This document shows positions 11,174 through 25,386 of a DNA stretch of 64,000 bases, piece by piece. The notes beneath the pieces were generated by a model. The model was not told where the DNA came from. It did no database searches and saw nothing but the letters and a program-made list of their open reading frames with translations. A program made the translations under genes and the position numbers. Numbering within the stretch: the first letter of the stretch is position 1; every line of letters begins with the position of its first letter. Source of the stretch: Candidatus Acidiferrales bacterium (GTDB lineage Bacteria > Acidobacteriota > Terriglobia > Acidiferrales > UBA7541); the NCBI GenBank assembly GCA_049696975.1, contig JBAVUW010000134.1:841-64840 (forward strand), given 5' to 3'.

Positions 11174-12511
11174 CTAGTGGAGGTTCACTTGTTCCGGCGG
11201 AATATTGTAGATGAACACGATCCGCAATTTCAGGTAGGGCCCGTGAAATTGTTTGGGCAGCGGCTCGAATGGGTTCGATGCGTGAATGGCGGACATGGCC
11301 GCGTTGTCGAGCGGCTCTTTGCCGGACGTGCGTTCGAGCTCGGGATCGGGCGCCGACACGCTCCCGTCGGGATTGATTGAGAACGTGGTGAAGACCACGC
11401 CGCGGTCGCCCATGCGCGCCGATTCCGGCATCACCGCTTCCCAATTGCGTTTCAGGGCGGCGAGCAGACGGTTGATGTAGTCGCGGAAATCGACGCCCTG
11501 GGTGTCGGAGAGAATGTCGACGCCATAGCCCATGCCGATACCTCGGCCGGCGCCCGGCGAGCCTCCGCCCCCGCTATAAATAGGCGCTTGGCCGTGGCTT
11601 TCGTGCGCTGCGCTTTGCATCTGGTCTTCGAGCATTTTTCCCGGAGTCGAATCCGACAAGCCCAGCTTGAAGTTCTTGTTAGGCTGTACGGGCATGATCG
11701 GTTCGACCTGCGAAGGCTGCGTGGGCGTCGACGGAATTGCCGTTGTCGGTTGCGGTGGCGCGACGTTTGCTTTAGGACGCGGCGCTTCGGGCAACTCAGG
11801 CGAGGGTTTCACCGGCTCCGGAGGTGCAGGAGCGGGGGACTTCATCTCGGGGGGCGCGACCTTTTCGAGCGTCTTGCGGTTGACGTTCACCTTCGGCGTG
11901 GGTTTCGCCGGCTCGGCCGTGGACGGCGGCGAATACATCCAGTTCACCGGCAAGTTGTCGGCAATTGGCTGCTGGGTCGGCGTGGGGAGTAGCTTCGGCG
12001 CGAAAATTAGAAACGCCAGCACTGCAATGTGCACCAGCACGGATAAAACGGCACGCAGCAGGTCCGACTTGGCGTTCTGTTTTTCTTCCGGCTCGATCAG
12101 CAGGTTGGCGTCGCCGGTAGTGAAAATATCCGGATCGACGATCTCGCGCAGCTCCGCGGTCATTTCCGGCGCGTGCTCGACCACATTCATTTCTTCCGGC
12201 TTCAGCGGCTCGATGTACGCGGGCACGACCGTGCGCGAATCGAGAATTTCGAGCGTGACAGTCGAAACGTGCTGAACTCGGTCGATGGGCTTGGCGGCCA
12301 TGCCACGCGGAACGAGCGTGCGATCGACCAGAACGCCGAGCGGCAGATGCGCCGGAATTGTGGTCCGGCCGTCGAGTGGGGGCGCGTCCGAGACGCCCGA
12401 AGGGACGACGGTGCGGTCGTCCATGTACGTGGTGGTGCGGCTCGGCGCCTTCTTCACCTCGTCTTTATTGACGGGGCGCACGTTCGTCGGGACCAGGGTG
12501 CGCGGGATCAT
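11174..12511 (-). CDS. TonB-family protein with repeat-bearing N-terminus and Pro-rich linker
   Basis: One TM helix, a long PxP-rich spacer and a TonB_C-like C-terminus. The N-terminus carries five RTxVP-type repeats. Confidence 0.6.
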   Translation of the reverse strand: MIPRTLVPTNVRPVNKDEVKKAPSRTTTYMDDRTVVPSGVSDAPPLDGRTTIPAHLPLGVLVDRTLVPRGMAAKPIDRVQHVSTVTLEILDSRTVVPAYIEPLKPEEMNVVEHAPEMTAELREIVDPDIFTTGDANLLIEPEEKQNAKSDLLRAVLSVLVHIAVLAFLIFAPKLLPTPTQQPIADNLPVNWMYSPPSTAEPAKPTPKVNVNRKTLEKVAPPEMKSPAPAPPEPVKPSPELPEAPRPKANVAPPQPTTAIPSTPTQPSQVEPIMPVQPNKNFKLGLSDSTPGKMLEDQMQSAAHESHGQAPIYSGGGGSPGAGRGIGMGYGVDILSDTQGVDFRDYINRLLAALKRNWEAVMPESARMGDRGVVFTTFSINPDGSVSAPDPELERTSGKEPLDNAAMSAIHASNPFEPLPKQFHGPYLKLRIVFIYNIPPEQVNLH

Positions 12512-13491
12512 CGTATGTCCTGTGGGGAAAAGGCACCCAGTTGGACGCGGCGGGCGTGATCCTGGATGCCCGCCATCACGCTGTCGGCCAGCGCCAGGGC
12601 GCGGCGACCGGCCGCGCCATCGATCACGGCCGGTTTGCGCGTGCGCACGGAATCGCGGAAGGCGCGGAGCTCGGCGTGCAGCGGCTCTTCGAGCGCGGTT
12701 TCGAGCTTTTCGAAACCGATGGGCTGCGCAGCTCCCGGCGTCACTTTGATGCGCAGCGCGTCCTGCCGTGTGAAATCGAGCGAGATGTATTCGTGCTCCT
12801 GGAAAAAGCGCATCTTCCGGACGCGCTCGGTCGAGACGCGGCTGGCGGTGAGATTCGCGACCGTGCCGGTTTCGAATTCGACGCGGGCTTGCGCGATATC
12901 CACCTTGTCGGTGATCACCGGGATGCCCACGGCTTTTAAGTCGGCGATCGGGGCATCGACGAGCGAAAGAAGAATGTCGAGGTCGTGGATCATTACATCG
13001 TAGACCACGTCGATATCGAGGCTGCGTGGGGTGAAAATGCCCAGGCGGTGAACCTCGAAAAACATCGGGCGCTGAACGATTTTCTGAGCGGCGACGACGG
13101 CGGGATTGAAGCGTTCGACGTGACCGATCTGCAAGATGCGCTTGGACCGGGCGGAGGCGACGATCAAGCGGTCGGCTTCCTCAAGCGATGCCGCCATCGG
13201 TTTCTCGACCAGCACGTCGATGCCGGCTTCGAGCAGGTGGCAGCCGACGCTGGCGTGCATTTTCGTGGGGACCGCAAGGCTGACTGCCGTGACTCCCTCG
13301 GTAGCAAGCGAATCCAGATCGGGAAGCACGACCGTGCCGAATTCAGCCGCGACTTTCACCGCGCGCTCGGCGTTCGTGTCCACGATGCCGGCAAGCTCGG
13401 CGCCTTCCATCGTGCGCCAGATGCGCACGTGGTTCCGGCCGAATTCTCCGGCGCCGACGACGGCCACCCGAATTGGTTTGTCGCTCATCAC
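12508..13491 (-). CDS. Gfo/Idh/MocA family NAD(P)-dependent oxidoreductase
   Basis: N-terminal Rossmann motif (IRVAVVGAGEFGRNH) and EKP motif (LVEKPMA). Start and stop overlap the neighbouring genes, consistent with operon coupling. Confidence 0.8.
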   Translation of the reverse strand: MMSDKPIRVAVVGAGEFGRNHVRIWRTMEGAELAGIVDTNAERAVKVAAEFGTVVLPDLDSLATEGVTAVSLAVPTKMHASVGCHLLEAGIDVLVEKPMAASLEEADRLIVASARSKRILQIGHVERFNPAVVAAQKIVQRPMFFEVHRLGIFTPRSLDIDVVYDVMIHDLDILLSLVDAPIADLKAVGIPVITDKVDIAQARVEFETGTVANLTASRVSTERVRKMRFFQEHEYISLDFTRQDALRIKVTPGAAQPIGFEKLETALEEPLHAELRAFRDSVRTRKPAVIDGAAGRRALALADSVMAGIQDHARRVQLGAFSPQDIR

Positions 13492-14345
13492 GGTTTCTTC
13501 GTCGCGGAAGTATCCGGAGCAAATGCCTGGATAGCGATGCCTCCTTCGTCGGCCGCGCGAACCAGGGCCTCTCGCTCGAACAGCAGCGTGCGGCCGGCGT
13601 CGATTGCGAGCGCGGTGGCGTTAGACCGCCGCATGACTTCGATGGTCTGCAGGCCGATCACGGGTACGTCGAAGCGCATATCCTGGCGCGGCTTGCTGAC
13701 CTTCACCACCACGAGCCGCTGCCGACCTGCAATGCGCGCGGCGCGCTCGATGGTTTCGTCGGTGCCTTCCATGGCTTCCATCGCCACGCAGGCGCGATCC
13801 CGCACTACGACCGTTTGCCCCAGATCGAGCCCCGCAATCTGCGCGGCGATGCGCCGGCCGTATTCGATGTCCGCGGTTTCGGATTCATCGGGAGCGCGTT
13901 TTGTCAGAATGCCTTCGCGCGGCAGCAGCGGCCCGAGGAACTTCGTCGAATCCACCAGCTCGATGCCTTCTTCCTCGAGCACGCGCGCCACGGCGCCGAT
14001 GAGGGAATCCGTATTCTTGGTCGAAAGCGTGAGCAGCAGTTTTGCCAGGCGCCAGTCGGGACGGATCGAGCTGAAAATCTTGTTGTGCTTCACCTGCCCA
14101 GCCATCACCGCGTGCTTCACACCCTCTTGATGCAGCAGATCGATCCCGCGGCCGAGTTCACCGAGGCTGATCCAGTGGAAGCGCTTCGCGGCCTGTTCGA
14201 GCGCGGGCGACGCCTCCTCGCGAATGGCGATCACGGCCATTTCGATGCCGCGGCTGCGCGCCCCCTCCAGAACGAGAAACGGGAAATCGCCGTTTCCGGC
14301 GATCAGGCCCCAAGACTCCATCGAGTTTTGCGCCGTCGCGGCCAT
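13488..14345 (-). CDS. lpxI: UDP-2,3-diacylglucosamine diphosphatase LpxI (DUF1009)
   Basis: LIAGNGDFP N-terminus, GQTVVV...AVEAxEGTDETI-type C-terminal motif, and a position next to lpxA. Confidence 0.75.
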   Translation of the reverse strand: MAATAQNSMESWGLIAGNGDFPFLVLEGARSRGIEMAVIAIREEASPALEQAAKRFHWISLGELGRGIDLLHQEGVKHAVMAGQVKHNKIFSSIRPDWRLAKLLLTLSTKNTDSLIGAVARVLEEEGIELVDSTKFLGPLLPREGILTKRAPDESETADIEYGRRIAAQIAGLDLGQTVVVRDRACVAMEAMEGTDETIERAARIAGRQRLVVVKVSKPRQDMRFDVPVIGLQTIEVMRRSNATALAIDAGRTLLFEREALVRAADEGGIAIQAFAPDTSATKKP

Positions 14346-14353
14346 AGTCCATT

Positions 14354-15136
14354 CTATTTCGTAAAGCCGCGCTCGCCCACCGACTCGATGAAGCGGATAA
14401 GTAATTGGACGTCCTCGGAATCCGGCAGGGTTCCACGCATTTTCTCGACCGCCTGCGAAGTGTTCAGTTTCGAGCGCAGCAGCAGACGATAGGCCTGGTC
14501 GAGCGTCTTGATGCGATCGGGCGAAAACCCGTGCCGCTGCAGGCCCACTTTATTGATGCCGAAGCATTTCACGCCGCGCTCGCCCACCACCATCGAAAAC
14601 GGCGCCACGTCCTGCGTGATCACCGTGCCCGCCCCGATATAGGAATGGGCGCCCACGCGCGAAAACTGGTGCAGCAGGCAGAAGGCGCTGATGCCGGCGT
14701 AATCCTCCACCACGATGTGTCCGGCCAGCTGTGCGCCATTGGTCAAAATCACATGGTCGCCGATCACGCAATCGTGGCCTACGTGCGCGTAGGCCATGAT
14801 CAGATTGTTGCTGCCGACGCGCGTTGAACCGCCGCCTTTGATGGTGCCGCGATGCACGGTGCAAAATTCGCGAAAGGTATTCAAATCGCCGACCTTCAGA
14901 CACACGCGCTGTCCGGTATAGGTCAAATCCTGCGGATCGCCGCCGACGATGGCGAACGAGTGCACGTGGTTGTTGCGGCCGAATGTGGACGGGCCTTTCA
15001 CCACGGCGTGCGGTTCCAGGACGCAGCCGTCGCCGAGCTCCACATCATCTCCCACCACGGCGAATGCGCCCACGCGAACGCTGTTGCCGAGCTTCGCCGT
15101 GGGCGAAACGATGGCCCGGGGATCGATTTCGCTCAT
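14354..15136 (-). CDS. lpxA: acyl-ACP--UDP-N-acetylglucosamine O-acyltransferase
   Basis: Left-handed beta-helix hexapeptide repeats and an LpxA C-terminal helical domain. ATG 15136 overlaps the fabZ stop (ATGA). Confidence 0.88.
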   Translation of the reverse strand: MSEIDPRAIVSPTAKLGNSVRVGAFAVVGDDVELGDGCVLEPHAVVKGPSTFGRNNHVHSFAIVGGDPQDLTYTGQRVCLKVGDLNTFREFCTVHRGTIKGGGSTRVGSNNLIMAYAHVGHDCVIGDHVILTNGAQLAGHIVVEDYAGISAFCLLHQFSRVGAHSYIGAGTVITQDVAPFSMVVGERGVKCFGINKVGLQRHGFSPDRIKTLDQAYRLLLRSKLNTSQAVEKMRGTLPDSEDVQLLIRFIESVGERGFTK

Positions 15137-15651
15137 TGCGCCTTCCCGGCAGGAACGGTCGCCGGCGGCATCTCGGTTTCCAGGTCCACCATCTTGCACA
15201 TCAGCGTGGCTTCGGCCGCGAGTTCGCCGTTCACCGTGGCCTTGCCGTGCAGCTTGCAGAACCCCAGTGTCTCGCGCCACGCCACCACGTCCATTTCCAG
15301 GCGCAGCTGATCGCCCGGCACCACCGGCCGGCGGAATCGCGCGCCATCGATGGAGACGAAATAGAGAAGCTTTTTTTCGCGGTCGGCCACTTCCTGCAAC
15401 AGCAAAAACCCGCCGGTCTGAGCCATCGATTCGATGATTAAGACACCCGGCATGATCGGTTTGCCCGGGAAATGGCCCTGGAAGAAGCTTTCATTGATTG
15501 TGACGTTCTTGATTCCCACGATGCGCTTCCATCGTTCCATTTCTTCAATGCCGTCAATCAGCAGGAAGGGATAGCGGTGCGGCAGTACTTTCTGTATCTC
15601 GTTGATGTCAAGGAGCACGGTTGTCCTCGTAGCCTGGTGTTTCGGGGCCAA
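15133..15651 (-). CDS. fabZ: 3-hydroxyacyl-ACP dehydratase
   Basis: LPHRYPFLLID and GHFPGxPIMPGVL hotdog-fold motifs. Confidence 0.9.
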   Translation of the reverse strand: MAPKHQATRTTVLLDINEIQKVLPHRYPFLLIDGIEEMERWKRIVGIKNVTINESFFQGHFPGKPIMPGVLIIESMAQTGGFLLLQEVADREKKLLYFVSIDGARFRRPVVPGDQLRLEMDVVAWRETLGFCKLHGKATVNGELAAEATLMCKMVDLETEMPPATVPAGKAQ

Positions 15652-15974
15652 TCAATCCAACAATTCTATACGAATCCCCGCCGAGTGGGAATCGAGTGCT
15701 CGGGCGGGTCGCAGGGTCACCCTCCCCGGGTGCGCTCGTAAAGACCTGGCACCTCGAGCCTCACGGCCCGCCGCGGTCACCCTCCGTGATCGTAGGGCGG
15801 CGCGGACGTGCCGTCAGAGCTCCGGGTCACGTCCGGCGCCCAATATAGTCGATCCGTGCGAACGATTGTGACCGGGACTACACGGCGCGCGCACCGCGTG
15901 GCACTCCGTTCCGTTTCCGCAAACCCCCGGGCGGCGTTGCTGCCCGGTGACGCCGCTGATAGGATACGCGCGCG

Positions 15975-17138
15975 ATGAACCACGATGCTCTGATGATGAA
16001 GCACCTGCAGCGCGAGCTGCGGCGACACGAGCGGGGGTTGGTGAGAATGCTCGGGCAATTCGTGCGCTGCGAATCGCCGAGCCACCAGAAAGCGGCGGTC
16101 GATCGGCTCGGCAAGCTGATCGCGAGCGAATGGCGGCGGCGCGGGGCGAACGTGCGCGTACTACGCGCCAAGACGCGAGGAGATTCGGTGCGAGCCGAGA
16201 TCTGGCTGGGCGACCGCCGGCCCCCGGGGCAGATCATGGTGCTCGGCCACCTCGATACGGTGTATCCGCTGGGCACGCTGGCGACCATGCCTTTCCGCGT
16301 GGAAGGCGGCCGGGCGTTCGGCCCCGGCACATTCGATATGAAGGCGGGCTTGGTGCTCGCGTTCGGCGCCATCGACGCATTGCAGGTGCTGCGGTTGCGC
16401 CCGCAGAAGCGGTTGGTATTTTTCTGGAACTCGGATGAGGAGATCGGAAGCTATTCGTCGCGCGCGCTGATCGAGCGCGAAGCGCGCCGCAGCGACGCCG
16501 TGCTGGTCCTGGAACCGGCGGCCGGCGCTGACGGCCGGCTGAAAACGGGCCGCAAGGGAATCGGCACCGCGGAAATAATCGTCACCGGCCGTTCCGCGCA
16601 TGCGGGGCTCGATCCGGGCGCGGGAATCAACGCGGTGCTCGAGCTCGCCCTGCAAATCGTGCGCCTGAAGGACCTGAACAATTCTCGCCGGGGAATCGCC
16701 GTGCAGGCAACGGTGATGGCTGGCGGCACGGTTTCGAACGTAGTGCCGCATCACGCGCGCGCCGAGCTCGACATTCGCTTCACGCATCTCGCTGACGCGG
16801 CGAAGATCGAGCGGCAGCTGCGCGCGCTCGGCCCGATTTTGCCAGGTGCGCGGGTGGATGTTCGCGGAGGAATCAACCGCCCGCCGCTGGAACGTACGCC
16901 CGCAGTCGCCGCGCTGTTTCATCACGCCCAAAAGCTCATGCGCGAGCTCGGGCAAACTCTTGACGAAACGTCGGTGGGAGGCGGATCGGACGGGAATTTT
17001 ACTGCGGCGCTCGGCGTGCCCACGCTCGACGGGCTCGGCGCGACCGGCAACGGCGCACACAGCGCCGTCGAGCACGTGGTCGTCCGCTCGCTCCCGGAAC
17101 GCGCCGCGCTTCTCGCCGGGCTTCTCGCTACTCTTTAG
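15975..17138 (+). CDS. M20 family metallopeptidase (carboxypeptidase G2-like)
   Basis: LGHLDTV, NSDEEIGS and GxxAHAG motifs typical of M20/M25/M40 enzymes. Confidence 0.75.
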   Translation: MNHDALMMKHLQRELRRHERGLVRMLGQFVRCESPSHQKAAVDRLGKLIASEWRRRGANVRVLRAKTRGDSVRAEIWLGDRRPPGQIMVLGHLDTVYPLGTLATMPFRVEGGRAFGPGTFDMKAGLVLAFGAIDALQVLRLRPQKRLVFFWNSDEEIGSYSSRALIEREARRSDAVLVLEPAAGADGRLKTGRKGIGTAEIIVTGRSAHAGLDPGAGINAVLELALQIVRLKDLNNSRRGIAVQATVMAGGTVSNVVPHHARAELDIRFTHLADAAKIERQLRALGPILPGARVDVRGGINRPPLERTPAVAALFHHAQKLMRELGQTLDETSVGGGSDGNFTAALGVPTLDGLGATGNGAHSAVEHVVVRSLPERAALLAGLLATL

Positions 17139-17174
17139 GTTTTTTCTCCGGCACGGATCATTTCAGGCAATCGA

Positions 17175-18608
17175 TCAGCGCAGATACGCGCGCTTGAGGT
17201 ACGCGACGGCCTGCTGCTGCAAATCGGCGTAATTGGAATGCAGCATTTCCTCGACGGCAGCTTCGGTTGAAGGCGCGGTGGCGACCCGATCGAGCACGCG
17301 GCTGACGTCACTCACTCCACCGGAATCGATCATCGATTCAACCACCGCAAGCGACCAGGCATATGCAAACGCGGCCGAATTGCCGTCGAGCGACATCCAC
17401 GGTCCTTCCAGCTGCGCGAGCGACGGAATCGAGCCTTGCGACGCCATTTCCACCAGCGCCCCGGCGTTCGAAGTGCTGCGGCGTCCTTCCATATATTGCG
17501 CGATGCCCTCCTGCAGCCACGTCGGCGCACGGTTGTGCGATTTCTGTCCCACGAAGCTGTGCGTCAACTCGTGCTTCAGCACGTGCGCAAGCTCCGGGGT
17601 GACCGACGTGAGCCCCTGCACGGGAATCCGCAGCCGTCCGTCGTTCAGCGCCCCCACCCAGCCCGGCGCCCGCGTAATGTCCGCGAAGGCCTGCTGCGTA
17701 TAGAGGATCACGCTGATCTGTTCCGGGGGCGTGTAATCCAGCTGCGATTCAAGGTCGCGGAAATCATCTTCGAGCGCGCGCAGGATTCCGCGCGCAAGGT
17801 CCGGATCGGCGCTGCCGTTGTACTTCAAATCGAAATGCGCGGTCTCGCCTTCGCGGTAGCTTTCTTCCTCCGCCTGGTCGCGCTGCGCTTTTTCGAGCGC
17901 CGCCTTCACCTCCGGATCGGGACGCAATTTTTCCGCGCGCTGCCATTCCTCGATCGCGCGATCCATCTTGTTGGAGCCGTAGTAGGCCCAGCCGGTCAGC
18001 TTGGCCACGTCGGCGGAATCGGGCGCAGCGCGGCGCGCGCGTTCCAGCGGGTCGAGCGCCTTGCCAAACTGGCTTTCGCGCAGATAAAGGACCGCGAGAT
18101 TCAGCAGCAGTCCGGTATTGTCGGGAGCAAACGCCAGCGCCTCGCGATAGTGATCAATCGCGGCGTCCGTATCGCCTTTACCGAGCAGAAACTGTGCGGC
18201 GGCATGATGCGCCGCAGCCACGCGGGCGACCGCCGTTGCCGAACCCGCGCGTGCATCCGATTCCAGGCGCGAGATGTAGGCAAAATCGATGGCATTGTCG
18301 TGCACCGCCAGCGCAGCCACATCTTCAAAGCCGGGCACCGGTTCGATTTCCGGCGCCGACACCGGCGGCGGTTCGGAAGCATGCGATCCGGCCGGAGAAT
18401 ATTCGAAATCGTCCTTCTCGATTCGCGCGACGATCGATTTGGGAATGCTCAACTGACCGGCGGGAGTGAGATAGGTAACGTGCTGCCCGTCATCGCTGAC
18501 GCTTTCAGCCTGGATGCGGCGCCCGTTTTTCAGCACGATCGTATCGGCCGCGGCCGATGAGCACACGGCAAGCAAGAACAGGGCCGCCACTGGCGTTGCG
18601 GAGCGCAC
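17175..18608 (-). CDS. secreted TPR-repeat protein with peptidase-MA-like (HExxH) domain
   Basis: N-terminal signal peptide, TPR-like helices, HELTHSF followed by EGIAQY (gluzincin-like). Confidence 0.55.
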   Translation of the reverse strand: MRSATPVAALFLLAVCSSAAADTIVLKNGRRIQAESVSDDGQHVTYLTPAGQLSIPKSIVARIEKDDFEYSPAGSHASEPPPVSAPEIEPVPGFEDVAALAVHDNAIDFAYISRLESDARAGSATAVARVAAAHHAAAQFLLGKGDTDAAIDHYREALAFAPDNTGLLLNLAVLYLRESQFGKALDPLERARRAAPDSADVAKLTGWAYYGSNKMDRAIEEWQRAEKLRPDPEVKAALEKAQRDQAEEESYREGETAHFDLKYNGSADPDLARGILRALEDDFRDLESQLDYTPPEQISVILYTQQAFADITRAPGWVGALNDGRLRIPVQGLTSVTPELAHVLKHELTHSFVGQKSHNRAPTWLQEGIAQYMEGRRSTSNAGALVEMASQGSIPSLAQLEGPWMSLDGNSAAFAYAWSLAVVESMIDSGGVSDVSRVLDRVATAPSTEAAVEEMLHSNYADLQQQAVAYLKRAYLR

Positions 18609-19012
18609 GAATCAATTTTAGCAATCGCGTGCGCGTAAAATTCGCGCGTCGTGTACGGCGAATGTCGAAAGCGGCACAGTGCGCGGGAAACAAAGCAGGA
18701 TGCGCACGGGTCGCGGTGAGGCAGTGTGCCGTTTCGCGATGCGGAGTGCGAGAATTTTCCGCGAAAGATTGTTTCGATTTAACCTTGCGTCGAAACGCAT
18801 CCGGTTTTATCCTATTGCGTCCTGAGCGAGCTCTTCGAGCTCGTTGTGGAAGTCTTCAGTGTTTGGGCGGGGACTGGCTCTTCGATTCGCCCGAACCTGT
18901 TCGGCTCGGGACCGCGAATCGCGCCAGCACGGGGTGTGGGGACGCAGATTCCGCGCGTTAGACGCCCCTTCAGTTCCGACATGCGTTCGTAAAATTCGTT
19001 CGGGGACAGTGC

Positions 19013-20401
<1,389 letters not shown>

Positions 20402-20428
20402 TCTTAGAAGGAACGTACTAATCGATCG

Positions 20429-21112
20429 ATGGCACAGATCTTTCATCGCAGCACGAACTTCGCAGCGCGGCTGAGCATTTTTGGCGGCGTGGTGATCCTC
20501 GGGCTGTTGAGTTTCGCGCTCTACGAGATTGCGCTCTCGCCCTGGTACACCCAGCAGTACGTGAAGCGGCAGCAGCCCGTGCCTTTCAGCCATCGCCACC
20601 ATGCCGGCGAGCTGGGCATCGACTGCCGCTACTGCCACACATCGGTCGAGAAATCGTCCTTTGCCGGCGTGCCGCCGACGCAGACCTGCATGACCTGCCA
20701 TTCGCAGATCTGGACGAACGCGGCGATGCTCGAGCCGGTGCGGCAGAGCTATCGCGACGACAAATCGCTCGAATGGATTCGCGTGAACGCACTGCCCGAT
20801 TTCGTCTATTTCGACCACAGCATTCACGTGGCCAAGGGTGTTGGCTGCACCACCTGCCACGGGCAAATCGCGGAAATGCCGCTCACCGAGCGCGCCGGAA
20901 CTTTATATATGTCGTGGTGCCTTGAGTGCCATCGGCAGCCTGAAAAATACGTGCGGCCGAAATCGGAGGTTTTCAATCCGTACTACGAGCCGCCGCCGGG
21001 CGACGAGCAGTTAAAGCTTGGCAAGGAGCTCGTGGCGGAATACAAGATTCAGGTGCCGCAGCATCCGGGCGACATGAAGCCGTTGCAGACCTGTTCGACG
21101 TGCCATAGGTGA
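20429..21112 (+). CDS. actA: Alternative Complex III pentaheme cytochrome c subunit ActA
   Basis: N-terminal TM anchor and five CxxCH motifs (CRYCH, CMTCH, CTTCH, CLECH, CSTCH). Confidence 0.82.
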   Translation: MAQIFHRSTNFAARLSIFGGVVILGLLSFALYEIALSPWYTQQYVKRQQPVPFSHRHHAGELGIDCRYCHTSVEKSSFAGVPPTQTCMTCHSQIWTNAAMLEPVRQSYRDDKSLEWIRVNALPDFVYFDHSIHVAKGVGCTTCHGQIAEMPLTERAGTLYMSWCLECHRQPEKYVRPKSEVFNPYYEPPPGDEQLKLGKELVAEYKIQVPQHPGDMKPLQTCSTCHR

Positions 21113-21125
21113 TGAAAGCGAGACG

Positions 21126-24182
<3,057 letters not shown>

Positions 24183-24185
24183 GTT

Positions 24186-24722
24186 ATGGCGAAGCCGAAA
24201 ATTTACGGCGTGATGGCGGAATTCGATTCGCCCGAAGCAGTGCTCGAGGCCGCGCACAAGACGCGCGGCGCCGGCTACAAGCGCATCGACGCGTTTTCGC
24301 CGATTCCCGTTCACGGGCTCGCGGAAGCCATCGGATTCGATTGGACGGTTCTGCCGGCGCTGGTTTTCTGCGGCGGTCTGGGCGGCGGTTTGACCGGTTT
24401 CGGAATGTGCTGGTACGCCAATGTGATCAGCTTTCCGCTCAATATCGGCGGAAAGCCGTTCAACAGCTGGCCGATGTGGATTCCCATCACCTTCGAGTTG
24501 ACCATTCTCGGCGCGGCGCTCACGGCCGTGTTCGGAATGCTTGCCCTGAATGGGCTGCCGTCGCCCTACCACCCGACGTTCAATGTCGAGCGGTTCGCCG
24601 GCGCCTCGACCGATAAGTTCTTTCTGTGCATCAAGGCGCGCGACGCGAAATTCGATCTCGCGCAGGCCAAGTCGTTTCTGGAAGGATTGAAGCCCGGGGG
24701 AGTTTTTGAAGTTGAGGAGTAA
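24186..24722 (+). CDS. actD: Alternative Complex III subunit ActD (DUF3341)
   Basis: YGVMAEFDSPEAVLEAA N-terminus, two TM helices, and its position after actB. Confidence 0.72.
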   Translation: MAKPKIYGVMAEFDSPEAVLEAAHKTRGAGYKRIDAFSPIPVHGLAEAIGFDWTVLPALVFCGGLGGGLTGFGMCWYANVISFPLNIGGKPFNSWPMWIPITFELTILGAALTAVFGMLALNGLPSPYHPTFNVERFAGASTDKFFLCIKARDAKFDLAQAKSFLEGLKPGGVFEVEE

Positions 24723-25386
24723 TTTCCAAGTGGCGGCTGTGGTGAATCGTTCGCGCCTGCGCGCTTTCGCGCTCGGATGCCTGGGCGCGGCGGCCCTGCT
24801 GCTGACTGGCTGCCGGCTTGACATGCACATCCAGCCGAAATACCTGCCCTACGAGCCGACCGATTTCTTCGGTGACGGCCGCTCCGAACGCCAGCCCGTT
24901 CCCGGCACTGTCGCGCGCGGCCAGTTGCGGCTCGACGAGTTGATGTTTACCGGGCGTGAAAACGGCGCGGTGGCCGACAAGTTTCCCTTCCCGATCACCA
25001 AGGCCGATCTTGACCGCGGCCGCGAGCGTTACAACGTTTACTGCACTCCGTGCCACGACTACAGCGGCACCGGACGCGGCATGATCGTTCAGCGCGGATT
25101 CCCGCAGCCGCCGTCCTATCACATCCAGCGCCTGCGCGACGCTCCCGCCGGACATTTCTTCGAAGTGATGACCAACGGATTCGGCGCCATGTACAGCTAC
25201 GCGGCGCGCGTCGAACCGGCCGATCGCTGGAGAATTGCGGCTTATATTCGTGTCCTGCAGCTCAGCCGCAACGCGAAAATCGACGACGTGCCCGAATCCG
25301 AACGCGCCAATCTGTCCCATGAGTCCGCCGACAATCGGGCGCAGCCGAATCCGAATTCCATGATGATGATGATGAAATCGAAATGA
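24706..25386 (+). CDS. actE: Alternative Complex III monoheme cytochrome c lipoprotein ActE
   Basis: Lipobox LLLTGC and a single CTPCH heme motif. The exact start is uncertain because the ORF overlaps actD by 17 nt. Confidence 0.7.
   Translation: MKLRSNFQVAAVVNRSRLRAFALGCLGAAALLLTGCRLDMHIQPKYLPYEPTDFFGDGRSERQPVPGTVARGQLRLDELMFTGRENGAVADKFPFPITKADLDRGRERYNVYCTPCHDYSGTGRGMIVQRGFPQPPSYHIQRLRDAPAGHFFEVMTNGFGAMYSYAARVEPADRWRIAAYIRVLQLSRNAKIDDVPESERANLSHESADNRAQPNPNSMMMMMKSK

Noticed and set aside
15715-15785. Direct repeat of the 11-mer GGTCACCCTCC (15715-15725 and 15775-15785) in the fabZ / M20 peptidase divergent intergenic region
   Set aside because: There are only two copies of a short GC-rich word. 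This is plausible by chance in a 320-nt GC-rich spacer, and I see no associated palindrome or known operator.
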